Source: Chloroflexi bacterium UBA6077 (GTDB lineage Bacteria; Chloroflexota; UBA6077). Taken from it: 32,000 nucleotides of DNA. Position numbers and translations under genes: made by a program. This document shows positions 9,043-18,017 of this stretch, in pieces. Location: contig DIXP01000105.1 in assembly GCA_002436065.1 (NCBI GenBank), positions 18,735 to 50,734 on the forward strand. Reading direction: 5' to 3'. Each line of letters starts with the position of its first letter. Positions within the stretch are counted from its first letter, which is position 1. A model generated the notes under the pieces. The model did not search any database, was not told the DNA's origin, and saw only the letters and a list, made by a program, of their open reading frames with translations.

Positions 9043-9984
9043 ATGTCGCTGACGACGACCGCTATCTCGATATCCGGCCTGGCCAAGTCCTTCGGCTCAA
9101 CCCGCGCCCTCGACGGCCTCGACCTCTCCGTCCGCACAGGTGAGGTCCACGGCTTCCTCGGCCCCAACGGAGCCGGCAAGACCACCACCCTCCGCATCCT
9201 CCTCGGCCTGCTGCACGCCGATAGCGGCAACGTCTCGCTGCTCGACGGCGACCCCTGGCACGATGCCGTAGACCTCCACCGTCGCCTGGCCTACGTGCCG
9301 GGCGACGTCGCCCTCTGGCCTGACCTCTCAGGAGGTGAGATCATCGATCTCCTGGGATGTCTTCGAGGCGGCCTCGATCCTCGGCGCCGCGCCAACCTGC
9401 TGGAACGCTTCGACCTCGATCCCAGGAAGAAGGCCCGCACCTACTCCAAGGGCAACAGGCAGAAGGTCGCCCTCATCGCCGCCCTCGCCTCCGACGTCGA
9501 GCTGCTGCTGCTGGACGAACCCACCTCGGGCCTCGATCCCTTGATGGAGGCCACCTTCCGACAGTGCATCGAGGAGGAGCGAGGGAAGGGGAGGACCGTC
9601 CTGCTCTCCAGCCACATCCTTGCCGAGGTCGAGGCGATCTGCGACCGGGTGACCATCATCCGAGCAGGCCGCACCGTCGAAAGCGGTACCCTGGCCGAGC
9701 TGCGCCACCTCACCCTGACCGCTATCTCCGCCGAGCTGGCAATCCCGCCCTCGGGCCTGGCCGAACTACCGGGGGTCCACGGCCTGCAGCTCGACGGCAG
9801 CAGGGTGAGCTTCTCGGTGGAGTCCAACGCCCTGGACCCTGCCCTGCGGCTCCTTACCAACGCGGGTATACGCAGCCTGGTCAGCCAGCCCCCTACCCTG
9901 GAAGAGCTGTTCCTGCGCTACTATCAGACGGAGGGGCCAGCGAACAGCGACCAGGGCCTCGGGAACAGGGGGGTGTCCCGATGA
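9043..9984 (+). CDS. ABC transporter ATP-binding protein (ABC-2/DrrA-like), cassette 1
   Basis: Walker [11 protein letters not shown]-loop, signature YSKGNRQKV, Walker [13 protein letters not shown] and H-loop SSHIL. Confidence 0.95.
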   Translation: MSLTTTAISISGLAKSFGSTRALDGLDLSVRTGEVHGFLGPNGAGKTTTLRILLGLLHADSGNVSLLDGDPWHDAVDLHRRLAYVPGDVALWPDLSGGEIIDLLGCLRGGLDPRRRANLLERFDLDPRKKARTYSKGNRQKVALIAALASDVELLLLDEPTSGLDPLMEATFRQCIEEERGKGRTVLLSSHILAEVEAICDRVTIIRAGRTVESGTLAELRHLTLTAISAELAIPPSGLAELPGVHGLQLDGSRVSFSVESNALDPALRLLTNAGIRSLVSQPPTLEELFLRYYQTEGPANSDQGLGNRGVSR

Positions 9985-11498
9985 AGGAGCTAACAGGCAC
10001 CGGAGCGCTGATCCGGTTGATCTTGCGCCGGGACCGCCTCCTGCTACCCCTTTGGGTCGCGGTAGTGGTACTCGTACCGATAGGCATAGCGGCCAGCTTC
10101 GCCTCGCTTTACCCCACCGCCGAGGCGCTTAGGGCATACGCCGAGGAGAGTATGAACACCCCTGCGGCGGTCGCGATGCTCGGGCTCGTGTACAACCCGA
10201 CCCTCGGCGGGCTCGTTGCGTGGCGGACGGGGCTGAATAGCGCCATCCTGATCGCGCCGGTGAGCATCCTCTTCGTTATAAGGCACACTCGAACCGAGGA
10301 GGAGTCCGGACGGCGCGAACTGGTGGGCTCGGCCGTGGTCGGTCGGTTTGCGCCGCTCACCGCCGCGCTGATCGTGGTGGCGGGCGCCAATCTGGTGATC
10401 GCCACCCTCATCGCCGGTGGACTCATCAGCCTCGGCCTTCCCGCCGCGGGCTCCATCGCCCTGGGACTGTCGGCGGCGTCCGCCGGCTGGGTCTTCGCCG
10501 CGGTTGCGGCGGTGGCCGCGCAGTTGACGCAGAGCCCCGGCCCCGCCCGGGGCATCGCCCTGGGAGTCTTCGGCGCGTCCTATGTGTTACGAGCCACCGG
10601 GGACGCGGGCGGCGAACAGGGCGCATTGTTCTGGCTGTCCTGGCTGTCGCCCCTCGGCTGGGTGCGTCTCACCCGCGCCTTCGCCGGCGAACAGTGGTGG
10701 GTCTTCGCGCTGTTCGCCGGACTCATCGTCGCGCTGGTCGCTGCCGCCTACATGCTGTCGGCACGGCGCGACCTGGGTGCCGGCTTCCTGCCGCAGCGAC
10801 TCGGCCCGGCCACAGCGTCGCCCAGCCTGCGCAGCCCGCTCGCCCTTGCGTGGCGACTGCATCGTGGCGCCCTGCTCGCGTGGACCGCGGGGTTCGCCGC
10901 GTTCGGCATCGGCTTGGGCGCTGTAGCCCAGAGCATCTCTCGCTTCCTCGAGGTCCCCCAGCTTCAGGAGTGGGCGATCCAGGCGGGCGCGCAGGACGCC
11001 GGCGACGCCTACCTGTTCACAATCATGTACGTCCTGGCCCAGGTGGTCTCGGCCTACGCCCTGATGGCCACCTTGCGGATGCGCTCCGAGGAAACCGAGG
11101 GTCGAGCCGAGGCGGTGCTGGCGGCGCTCGGTCTGACCGTCGGGTTGCTGTCCGGATTGAGTGTCGGCGACGTCGGCGGTGAGCTGCCGCGCCTCTTCGG
11201 TCGCACTATGGCAGCATTGCCTGCCGTCTGGGTGATGACCGGGATCGCGGCGGCAGCGTACGGTCTTGTGCCTCGGTTCGCCGCGGCCCTGAGCTGGAGC
11301 GCCCTCGCGCTGTTCTTCGCCCTCGAGCTGGCGTGGGAGTTGAGGCAGGTGAGCACGTCGGTGTTCGGCCTCTCGCCCTTCGCCTACGTGCACTGGGCCG
11401 CCCCGATAACCGTGAAGCCTCTGATCTGGCTCACCGCAGTAGCCGCGGCCCTCATCGCGCCGGGGCTTGTCGGCTTCCGCCGTCGGGACATTGGGTGA
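9981..11498 (+). CDS. ABC-2 type exporter permease (large 'polyketide-antibiotic exporter'-like family), cassette 1
   Basis: ATG 9981 overlaps the ATPase stop (ATGA). 505 aa, hydrophobic throughout, with the motif [14 protein letters not shown]. It is a paralog of 26534..28129. The listed ORF 9357..11498 adds an out-of-frame Arg/Pro-rich shadow of the ATPase gene. Confidence 0.85.
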   Translation: MKELTGTGALIRLILRRDRLLLPLWVAVVVLVPIGIAASFASLYPTAEALRAYAEESMNTPAAVAMLGLVYNPTLGGLVAWRTGLNSAILIAPVSILFVIRHTRTEEESGRRELVGSAVVGRFAPLTAALIVVAGANLVIATLIAGGLISLGLPAAGSIALGLSAASAGWVFAAVAAVAAQLTQSPGPARGIALGVFGASYVLRATGDAGGEQGALFWLSWLSPLGWVRLTRAFAGEQWWVFALFAGLIVALVAAAYMLSARRDLGAGFLPQRLGPATASPSLRSPLALAWRLHRGALLAWTAGFAAFGIGLGAVAQSISRFLEVPQLQEWAIQAGAQDAGDAYLFTIMYVLAQVVSAYALMATLRMRSEETEGRAEAVLAALGLTVGLLSGLSVGDVGGELPRLFGRTMAALPAVWVMTGIAAAAYGLVPRFAAALSWSALALFFALELAWELRQVSTSVFGLSPFAYVHWAAPITVKPLIWLTAVAAALIAPGLVGFRRRDIG

Positions 11499-11536
11499 CT
11501 TGTGGAGCCACAGACAGCCATACCATCTTGAACCGT

Positions 11537-11743
11537 TCAACCGATGTCTTCATCGTCCAGCGTGAATATCTGCTCCACCGGCTGTCCCAGCAGTCTGGCC
11601 ATCTTGAGCGCCAGAGCAAGGGATGGATTGTACCGTCCCTTCTCAATGGCGTTCACGGTCTGCCGGGATACGCCGACTCCCCGAGCCAGCGCCTCCTGCG
11701 TCATGTGAGCTTGCCGGCGCAGCTCCGAAACCCTATTCCTCAC
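11537..11743 (-). CDS. XRE-family (YozG-like) helix-turn-helix transcriptional regulator
   Basis: 68 aa: LRRQAHMTQEALARGVGVSRQTVNAIEKGRYNPSLALALKMARLLG. Confidence 0.9.
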   Translation of the reverse strand: MRNRVSELRRQAHMTQEALARGVGVSRQTVNAIEKGRYNPSLALALKMARLLGQPVEQIFTLDDEDIG

Positions 11744-11978
11744 GGCTGCCGGTCAGGTTACGCTGAACGTAGAGATAGACCGCCCAGTAGACGATAATCG
11801 CCATGAGCAGAACTATAAACTGCGCGGGAAGGACAGGCATCAGCACAACGTCATGAATCGACCATCCAAGAAGCAGCACCATGGCTGTCAGCCAACTCAG
11901 CCGCACCGCCAGGCCGGAAATGTGCATGTACATCTCATCGGCGCCGGCTCGAAACCCTAGCCTCGTAAATAGCCTCAT
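11733..11978 (-). CDS. small two-TM membrane protein co-transcribed with the XRE regulator
   Basis: ATG 11978 has AAGGAGA 6 nt upstream. 81 aa with two hydrophobic helices (LSWLTAMVLLLGW; FIVLLMAIIVYWAVYLYV). It overlaps the XRE start by 11 nt. Confidence 0.65.
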   Translation of the reverse strand: MRLFTRLGFRAGADEMYMHISGLAVRLSWLTAMVLLLGWSIHDVVLMPVLPAQFIVLLMAIIVYWAVYLYVQRNLTGSREE

Positions 11979-12008
11979 TACCGTCTCCTTACATAGAGTG
12001 TGGGATGC

Positions 12009-12050
12009 ACGATACCACGCCACGCACGCGATGTAAAGCATACTTTACAT
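12009..12050 (-). promoter_or_regulatory. promoter and palindromic operator of the membrane-protein/XRE operon
   Basis: On the minus strand: TTTACA (12037-12032), 17 nt, TGgTATCGT (-10 at 12014-12009). The -35 lies inside the 20-bp palindrome ATGTAAAGcataCTTTACAT (12031-12050). A half-site ATGTAAGG recurs over the SD. Confidence 0.4.
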
Positions 12051-12145
12051 TTCCGAGCTGCCTTGCGGGCCTTCGTTCCGCACCTGCCTGCGGTCCAATT
12101 CACCCATGTGGGGGTACTCCTGGCCCATTATGTAACTATCGCCTA

Positions 12146-12154
12146 TGATATAAT
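12146..12154 (+). promoter_or_regulatory. extended -10 promoter of the LuxR gene, possibly giving a leaderless mRNA
   Basis: TGaTATAAT at 12146-12154. ATG 12163 is only 8 nt downstream, and no SD is visible. Confidence 0.35.
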
Positions 12155-12162
12155 TATTGCCT

Positions 12163-14960
12163 ATGAAGGCTCCAGAACTGCTGAAAGTCAAGCTGCTCGT
12201 GCCCCCAGTCCGGCGGGACCTGGTGGAGCGTCCACAGCTGTTCGCCCTGCTCGGCGAGGCCCTCTCGAAGAGGCTGGCCGTCGTGTCCGCGCCGGCCGGC
12301 TACGGGAAGACTACGCTCGTGAGCGGCTGGGCGCAGCAGGTCGGGCTTCCGGTGGCCTGGCTGTCGCTGGACGAGGGCGATAGCGACCCGGCCCGGTTCG
12401 TCAGACAGCTGTGCGGCTCTATCGAGGCGGTCGCCCCATCCCTCACGGGGAAGCTGCTTGAGTTGGTCCAGGCGGACCAGTTTGGCGGGTTGGGAGCGGG
12501 AGGCTCGATCGAAGCCCTCCAGACGGGGCTGCTGAACCAGCTTCAGTCGCTGCCCCATCCCCTCGTCCTGGTCCTGGACGATTTCCACCTGATCTCCGCG
12601 CAGCCGATCCATGAGATCGTCGCCTTCCTGGTGGACCACCTGCCCCCGCAGATGCAGCTGGTCATCGCATCACGGGCCGACCCGCCCCTGCCGTTAGCCC
12701 GGCTGAGGGCACACGGCCAACTGATCGAAATCCGCCAGAGCGATCTGCGCTTCACGACGGAGGAGGCGATCACCCTGCTGAATCAGGTAATGGGGCTGAG
12801 TCTGGAGGCCGGTGACGTAACCGCGCTGGCGACGCGCACCGAGGGTTGGATCGCGGGTCTTCAGCTGGCGGCGACCTCCCTCCAGGTCCGCGACGATGCC
12901 CACCGGTTCATCCAAGAGTTCAAGGGCAGCAATCGCTACGTCCTGGACTACCTCGTGGAGGAGGTTCTCCAGGGGCAACCCCGAGAGGTCCAGGGCTTCC
13001 TGCTGGAGACCTCCGTACTGGACCGATTGACCGGCCCGCTGTGCGACGCAGTCACGGAACGGGGCGGCGGACAGACCATGCTGGAAGAGCTGGAGCGCGC
13101 CAACCTGTTCATCGTTCCCCTCGACGACGAGCGCCGGTGGTATCGCTACCACCGCCTCTTCGCCGATCTGCTGCAGAAGCAGCTGGTACAGGCTCGCCCG
13201 GAACTGGTGCCGGTCCTTCACCGTCGAGCCAGCGCGTGGCACGAGCAGAACGGGTTGCAGGCCGGGGCGATCGAGCATGCCCTGGCGGCGGAGGATTTCG
13301 AGCGGGCGGCGCAGCTGATAGAGCGGGTCGCCGAGATGACCTTGATGCGCGGCGAAGTCACGACGCTCCGCCAGTGGCTCGACGCCTTGCCGGAGACGGA
13401 GCTGGGCACCCGACCATCGCTCTCCCTCTACCACAGCTGGGTGCTGCTGCTGGGGGGCGAGGCCCTGGAGATGGTCGAAGCGCGGCTCGCCCAGGCGGAG
13501 GGGTATCCCGCCCTTCTCACCCTGCCTCTGCGAGCGTGGGCCGCCCAGTATCGGGGCGACATCAACGCCGGCATTGATCTGGCACGAAGCGCGCTGGAGC
13601 AGTTGCCCGAGCACGAAGCGCGCTGGAGCAGTTGCCCGAGCACGAGGCGCTGCTGCGAGGGTTGGCCGCACTGAGTCTGGCCGGCGCCTATCACGCCCAG
13701 GGCGACTTCGCCTCGAGCCAGCGGGTGCTGCAGGAAGCCGCGCTGGGCAGCCGCCAGACGGGCAACGTGATGATCGCCGTATCCGCGGCCTACTACCAGG
13801 CGGAGCGTTGCCGCCGTGAGGGGGATCTTCGGCAGGCGAGGTCGCTGTTCCAGCGCGCGCTCGATCTGGCCACGGACAGAAGCGGTGAGCGCTTTCCCGT
13901 TGCCAGCCTGGCCCTGGTGGGGCTGGGCGAGATCGCCCGCGAAGAGAACGAGTTCGGCGCTGCCCTACAGTACTTGCGCGAGGGAACAGCGCTCGCGGGG
14001 CGTTGGGCGCCGGTGGCGGCCATCCAGGCTTATCTTACACTGGCGCGGATCAGGCAGGCTCAGGGGGATTGGGGCGGCGTCCAGGAGGCGCTGGAGGCGA
14101 TGAGGCAGGCGGCGAGCCAGTTCAGGGCCACAGACCAGGGCGACCAGATGCTGGAACTGGCCCGGGCGTGGATGCAGGTAGCTCAGTACGATCCTTCGAC
14201 CCGCTCGGAGCAGGCGCTGGAGGGTCCGCGGCGCTGGGCCGACCGGTACGGCCTCGGCGGAGAGGTCGATCCCGAGGCGCTAGAGAAGGACGACGACATC
14301 AATGTTCGCCGTCTGCGCAAGTACCAGTATCCCGTAGCGGCCCGATTGCGGATAGCCGAAGGCCGCCCGAGGGAGGCCCTAGCCCTGCTGGAGTCGGCGC
14401 TACCCATCGTCGAGAGGATGAACCGGATTGGGCTGGTGATCGAGTATCAAGCACTCATCGCCTTGGCTGCACAGGCACTCGGCCAGGATGAAAGGGCCAT
14501 GCAATCATTGGAACGGGCGTTGGCTCTGGCTGAGCCAGCCAGCTTCGTGCGCCTCTTCGTGGACGAAGGGAAGCCGATGGCTCGTCTGCTGTACGAGGCG
14601 GCTACACGGCACATCCATCCCGAATACGTCGGACGCCTGCTGGCAGCATTTCCGGCGAGCTGTCAGCCAACTGCTGATAGCTGGCAGCACTCAGCTATCA
14701 GCCCCCAGAAGGGGGAGGGTCACAAGCACTCGGCGCTCAGCACTCATCGTCCGACGGTTACCCCGTTAAGCGAGCGTGAGCTGGAGGTGCTGAGGCTGAT
14801 TGCCACGGGCTTGTCCAACGAGGAGGTCGCGAGGCAACTCGTGGTCTCGCTGCCCACCGTCAAGTTCCACACGGGCAACATCTACAGCAAGCTGGGGGTC
14901 AGGAATCGGACTGAGGCGGTCGCCAGAGGGCGCGGCCTCGGCCTTCTCCCCCTGGCGTAG
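12163..14960 (+). pseudogene. MalT/LAL-type LuxR-family regulator (STAND ATPase + TPR-like + GerE HTH), frameshifted by a 29-bp tandem duplication
   Basis: The N-part ORF (to 13674) has LLVPPVRRDLVERPQL and Walker A SAPAGYGKTTL. The C-part ORF (13632..14960) ends in the Lux[49 protein letters not shown]. Removing one 29-bp copy fuses both in frame, giving about 924 aa. Confidence 0.85.
13583..13640 (+). repeat. perfect 2 x 29-bp tandem duplication
   Basis: cacgaagcgcgctggagcagttgcccgag occurs at 13583-13611 and again at 13612-13640, 29/29 identical. Confidence 0.95.
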
Positions 14961-15064
14961 CCTTTCCCCGCAGCACCTCCCCGAACCTATACCCAAACCG
15001 TACCTTCGGCTAGTTTCGGCCAACCCTGTCTGGCGTTAGAGTATCTATACAGTGTTACTCGACC

Positions 15065-15346
15065 ATGAGGACTAACCCAATGGAAGCTCAGGCTGCCGAT
15101 AGGCAACGGACTTATCGCATCATCGTGCAGGGCCGGCTCGACGAAAGCTGGTCCCAATGGCTCAGCGGCATGTCGGTATCCATTGAGCGAACGGACGACG
15201 GGATACCCGTAACCGTACTCACCGGTCCGGTTGTGGACCAGTCCGCCCTGCGCGGCATCTTGAACCGGCTGTGGGATTTGAACCTGACCTTGATTTCCGT
15301 AAACCCTGTCTGGAAAGGCTCTTCTTGCGAGGAGGCAAATCGATGA
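15065..15346 (+). CDS. uncharacterised small protein (88-93 aa) translationally coupled to the RPH-like enzyme
   Basis: ORF with non-shadow composition: YRIIVQGRLDESWSQWLSGMSVSIERTDDGIPVTVLTGPVVDQSALRGILNRLWDLNLTLISV. GAGGA lies 8 nt before the second ATG (15080). Its stop overlaps the downstream ATG (ATGA at 15343-15346). Confidence 0.65.
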   Translation: MRTNPMEAQAADRQRTYRIIVQGRLDESWSQWLSGMSVSIERTDDGIPVTVLTGPVVDQSALRGILNRLWDLNLTLISVNPVWKGSSCEEANR

Positions 15347-17982
15347 CACACCAATACACTCTGTCACTGGCTGATGAGCGCGCGACGTTGGACGATGTGG
15401 GTGGCAAGGGCACGTCGCTCTCACGCCTGGCGAACGCGGGCTTGCCCGTGCCGGACGGCTTTCACGTTACGACCGAGGCATACAGGCGATTCGTGGCCGA
15501 CAACAACTTGCAGCCCGCCATTCTGGAGGCCGTGACGGCTGCGAACCCATCGCAGCCGTCCACCCTGGAAACGGCTTCGGCGACTATCGCCGACCTGTTC
15601 GCCCGTGCCCCGATGCCGTCCGAGATCGCGGAGGACATCGCGCGAGCGTACGCGGAGCTGCCGGGCGAGGACCCGGTGGTGGCCGTGCGCTCGTCGGCCA
15701 CGGCCGAGGACCTGCCGGGCCTCTCCTTCGCCGGACAGCAGGAGACCTATCTCAACATCCACGGCCTCACCGAGGTCCAGGATGCGGTGAAGCGCTGCTG
15801 GGCTTCGCTGTGGACGGCGCGCGCCATCGGCTATCGCGCCCAGCACGGCATCGATCAGGACACAGTAACCCTGGCGGCGATCGTGCAGCTGCTCGTTCCC
15901 GCCGAGGTCGCCGGGATCCTGTTCACCGCCAACCCTGTCAACGGCATGCGCGACCAAGCGATAATCACGGCCACATGGGGATTGGGTGAGGCGATCGTGG
16001 GCGGCATGGTCACGCCGGACAGCTTGACGGTGGAGAAGGCGTCGGGCCGGGTGATCGAGCGAGACACGGCCGACAAGCAGCTGATGACGGTGCGCACGAA
16101 GACCGGCACGGAGGAGAAACCCACGCCGGAGGTTCTGCGCCGCGCCCCGACGCTCGACGACTCGCAGGCAGCGGAACTGGCCAGGTTCGGAGTGCAGATC
16201 GAGAAGCTGTACGGGATGCCGATGGACATCGAGTGGGCGCTTGCCGGAGGTGAGTTCGCCATCCTTCAGGCTCGGCCCATCACGGCCCTGCCGCCCGAAC
16301 CCGCCGCCCCGCTGGAATGGATACTCCCCAAGCCCAAGGGGAGCTACGCCCGCGCCTCTATCATCGAGCTGCTCCCGGAGCCTCTAACGCCCCTCTTCGC
16401 CAGCCTGGGAGTGGAGGAGATCAACCGGTGGTACCGACGTTTCGCGCCGGAAGTCGGGCTTTCCGGGGCGGCGGGCGGGTTGCCGGATCCCTTCGTTGTA
16501 CTGATCAACGACTACGCCTACTACGACGTGGCCTTCACTGCCCGGCAGCTTCTGGATCTGACGATCCGCTCGCCGCGTGGCATGAAGTCTCTGCTGAGCA
16601 CCGCTGAAACGCGCTGGAGGGACCAGGCCAGCCCCAGGTACACCGAGACGGTGGCCCGCTGGAAGAACCAGGATCTGGAGCTGCTCCCCGATCACGAGCT
16701 GCTCCGGGGAGTGCGCGAGATCTTCTCCGAGGCAGTGCACTACTACATATACACGGTCCAGGGTGGAGTCCTGCCGGCCGCCTACATGAGCGAGTCGATC
16801 TTCACCTGGTTCTACGAAAAGCTGGTGAGAAGGGCGGATGACCCCACCGCGCTGACCTTCATACTCGGCTTCGAGAGCCTGCCCATCCGCGCGGAAAAGT
16901 CGCTCTTCGACCTAGCGCAGTGGTGCCGCCAACGGCCGGAGCTGGCCGCCGCCCTGGTGGCCGGCACGTCAGGACAGATCGCGGCCCGGCTGGGGGAGGC
17001 GGATCCACCCGCCGGGGTCTCTCGGGAGGAGTGGGGCGAGTTCCGGTCCCGCTTCGCCGCCCACCTGGAGAGCTTCGGGCACGCTATCTACGACCTGGAC
17101 TTCGCCAAACCGATCGCTGCCGACGATCCCGCGCCGCTGATCGAGACGCTAAGACACCTGATCCAGGGCCAGGGATCCAATCCCTATCAACGTCAGCAGG
17201 AGGCGACGCTGCGGCGCGAGGAGGCCACCCGCAGGGTAGAAAACCGATTGAAGGGGTGGAAGCTGAGCTGGTTCCGCCGGTTGCGGACCTGGGCACAGAG
17301 CTATGCCCCCCTGCGCGAAGACGCCCTGGTGGACGTGGGGCTAGGCTGGCCGCTGCTGCGCCGGATGCTGCTCGAGTTGGGTCGCCGTCTAACCTTGGCC
17401 GGCGCCCTCCATCGCCCCGAGGAGGTGTTCTGGTTGACGCAAGCCGAGGCGGACGATCTCGCTGGGAGCCTGGAGGACGGGAAGACGCAGCTTGCGGACA
17501 AGACCCGGGTGATAGACGAGCGTAAGTCCCGGATAGAGAGAGAAAGCCGGTACACCCCGCCCGTCGCCCTGCCTCAGAAGGAGAAGGTCACATTCGCGGG
17601 TATGGACATAACCCGATGGATGCCGGCCAGAACCACGCAGGAGGCCGGAAATACCATCAAGGGGATCGGGGCCAGCCCGGGCAAGGTGACCGCTATCGCG
17701 CGGGTGCTGCGCGGCCCGCAGGATTTTGGCCAGATGAAGCAGGGCGACGTGCTGGTAGCCGCCATCACCACCCCTGCCTGGACGCCGCTCTTCGCACTGG
17801 CCTCGGCGGTGGTGACGGACGTGGGCGGACCGCTCAGCCACAGCTCCATCGTAGCGCGGGAGTACGGCATTCCGGCGGTGTTGGGCACGGGTGCAGCCAC
17901 CAATCGCATCCACAGCGGAGAGACGATCACCGTGGACGGCAGCGCGGGCACGGTGACGTTGCCGGAAGGCGGAGAAGACTAG
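15343..17982 (+). CDS. PEP-utilising enzyme with rifampicin-phosphotransferase-like architecture (N-terminal PPDK_N ATP-grasp, central unknown domain, C-terminal swivelling His domain), paralog 1
   Basis: GGAGG at 15331-15335, 879 aa. N-terminus VGGKGTSLSRLANAGLPVPDGFHVTTEAY..VAVRSSATAEDLPGLSFAGQQETYLN..DIEWALAGGEFAILQARPIT. C-terminus GIGASPGKVTAIARVL..LVAAITTPAWTPLF..TDVGGPLSHSSIVAREYGIPAVLG. No C-terminal PEP/pyruvate TIM-barrel is present. Confidence 0.9.
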   Translation: MTHQYTLSLADERATLDDVGGKGTSLSRLANAGLPVPDGFHVTTEAYRRFVADNNLQPAILEAVTAANPSQPSTLETASATIADLFARAPMPSEIAEDIARAYAELPGEDPVVAVRSSATAEDLPGLSFAGQQETYLNIHGLTEVQDAVKRCWASLWTARAIGYRAQHGIDQDTVTLAAIVQLLVPAEVAGILFTANPVNGMRDQAIITATWGLGEAIVGGMVTPDSLTVEKASGRVIERDTADKQLMTVRTKTGTEEKPTPEVLRRAPTLDDSQAAELARFGVQIEKLYGMPMDIEWALAGGEFAILQARPITALPPEPAAPLEWILPKPKGSYARASIIELLPEPLTPLFASLGVEEINRWYRRFAPEVGLSGAAGGLPDPFVVLINDYAYYDVAFTARQLLDLTIRSPRGMKSLLSTAETRWRDQASPRYTETVARWKNQDLELLPDHELLRGVREIFSEAVHYYIYTVQGGVLPAAYMSESIFTWFYEKLVRRADDPTALTFILGFESLPIRAEKSLFDLAQWCRQRPELAAALVAGTSGQIAARLGEADPPAGVSREEWGEFRSRFAAHLESFGHAIYDLDFAKPIAADDPAPLIETLRHLIQGQGSNPYQRQQEATLRREEATRRVENRLKGWKLSWFRRLRTWAQSYAPLREDALVDVGLGWPLLRRMLLELGRRLTLAGALHRPEEVFWLTQAEADDLAGSLEDGKTQLADKTRVIDERKSRIERESRYTPPVALPQKEKVTFAGMDITRWMPARTTQEAGNTIKGIGASPGKVTAIARVLRGPQDFGQMKQGDVLVAAITTPAWTPLFALASAVVTDVGGPLSHSSIVAREYGIPAVLGTGAATNRIHSGETITVDGSAGTVTLPEGGED

Positions 17983-18017
17983 GTCGGCGCAGTGGGGGTA
18001 GCGTCGCAGGCCTGGGC

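Noticed and set aside
9357-9980. N-terminal 208 aa of the 713-aa ORF 9357..11498
   Set aside because: It is an out-of-frame overlap of the well-supported ATPase gene and has Arg/Pro/Gly-rich shadow composition. The permease has a proper ATG at 9981 overlapping the ATPase stop, and it aligns from there with paralog 26534..28129.
15023-15034. 12-nt repeat aaccctgtctgg (also at 15302-15313), giving ..LVSANPVWR* vs ..LISVNPVWK: a possible relic of a second sORF copy after the LuxR gene
   Set aside because: Tens of exact 12-mer repeats are expected by chance in 32 kb, and flanking similarity is weak (about 22 of 36 nt). There is not enough evidence to call a gene fragment, though it could be checked by aligning sORF homologs.
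15271-15342. 24-codon N-terminal extension of the RPH-like ORF (start at 15271)
   Set aside because: It overlaps the 3' end of the small coupled gene. ATG 15343 has a GGAGG 7 nt upstream and gives the N-terminus that aligns with paralog 2.
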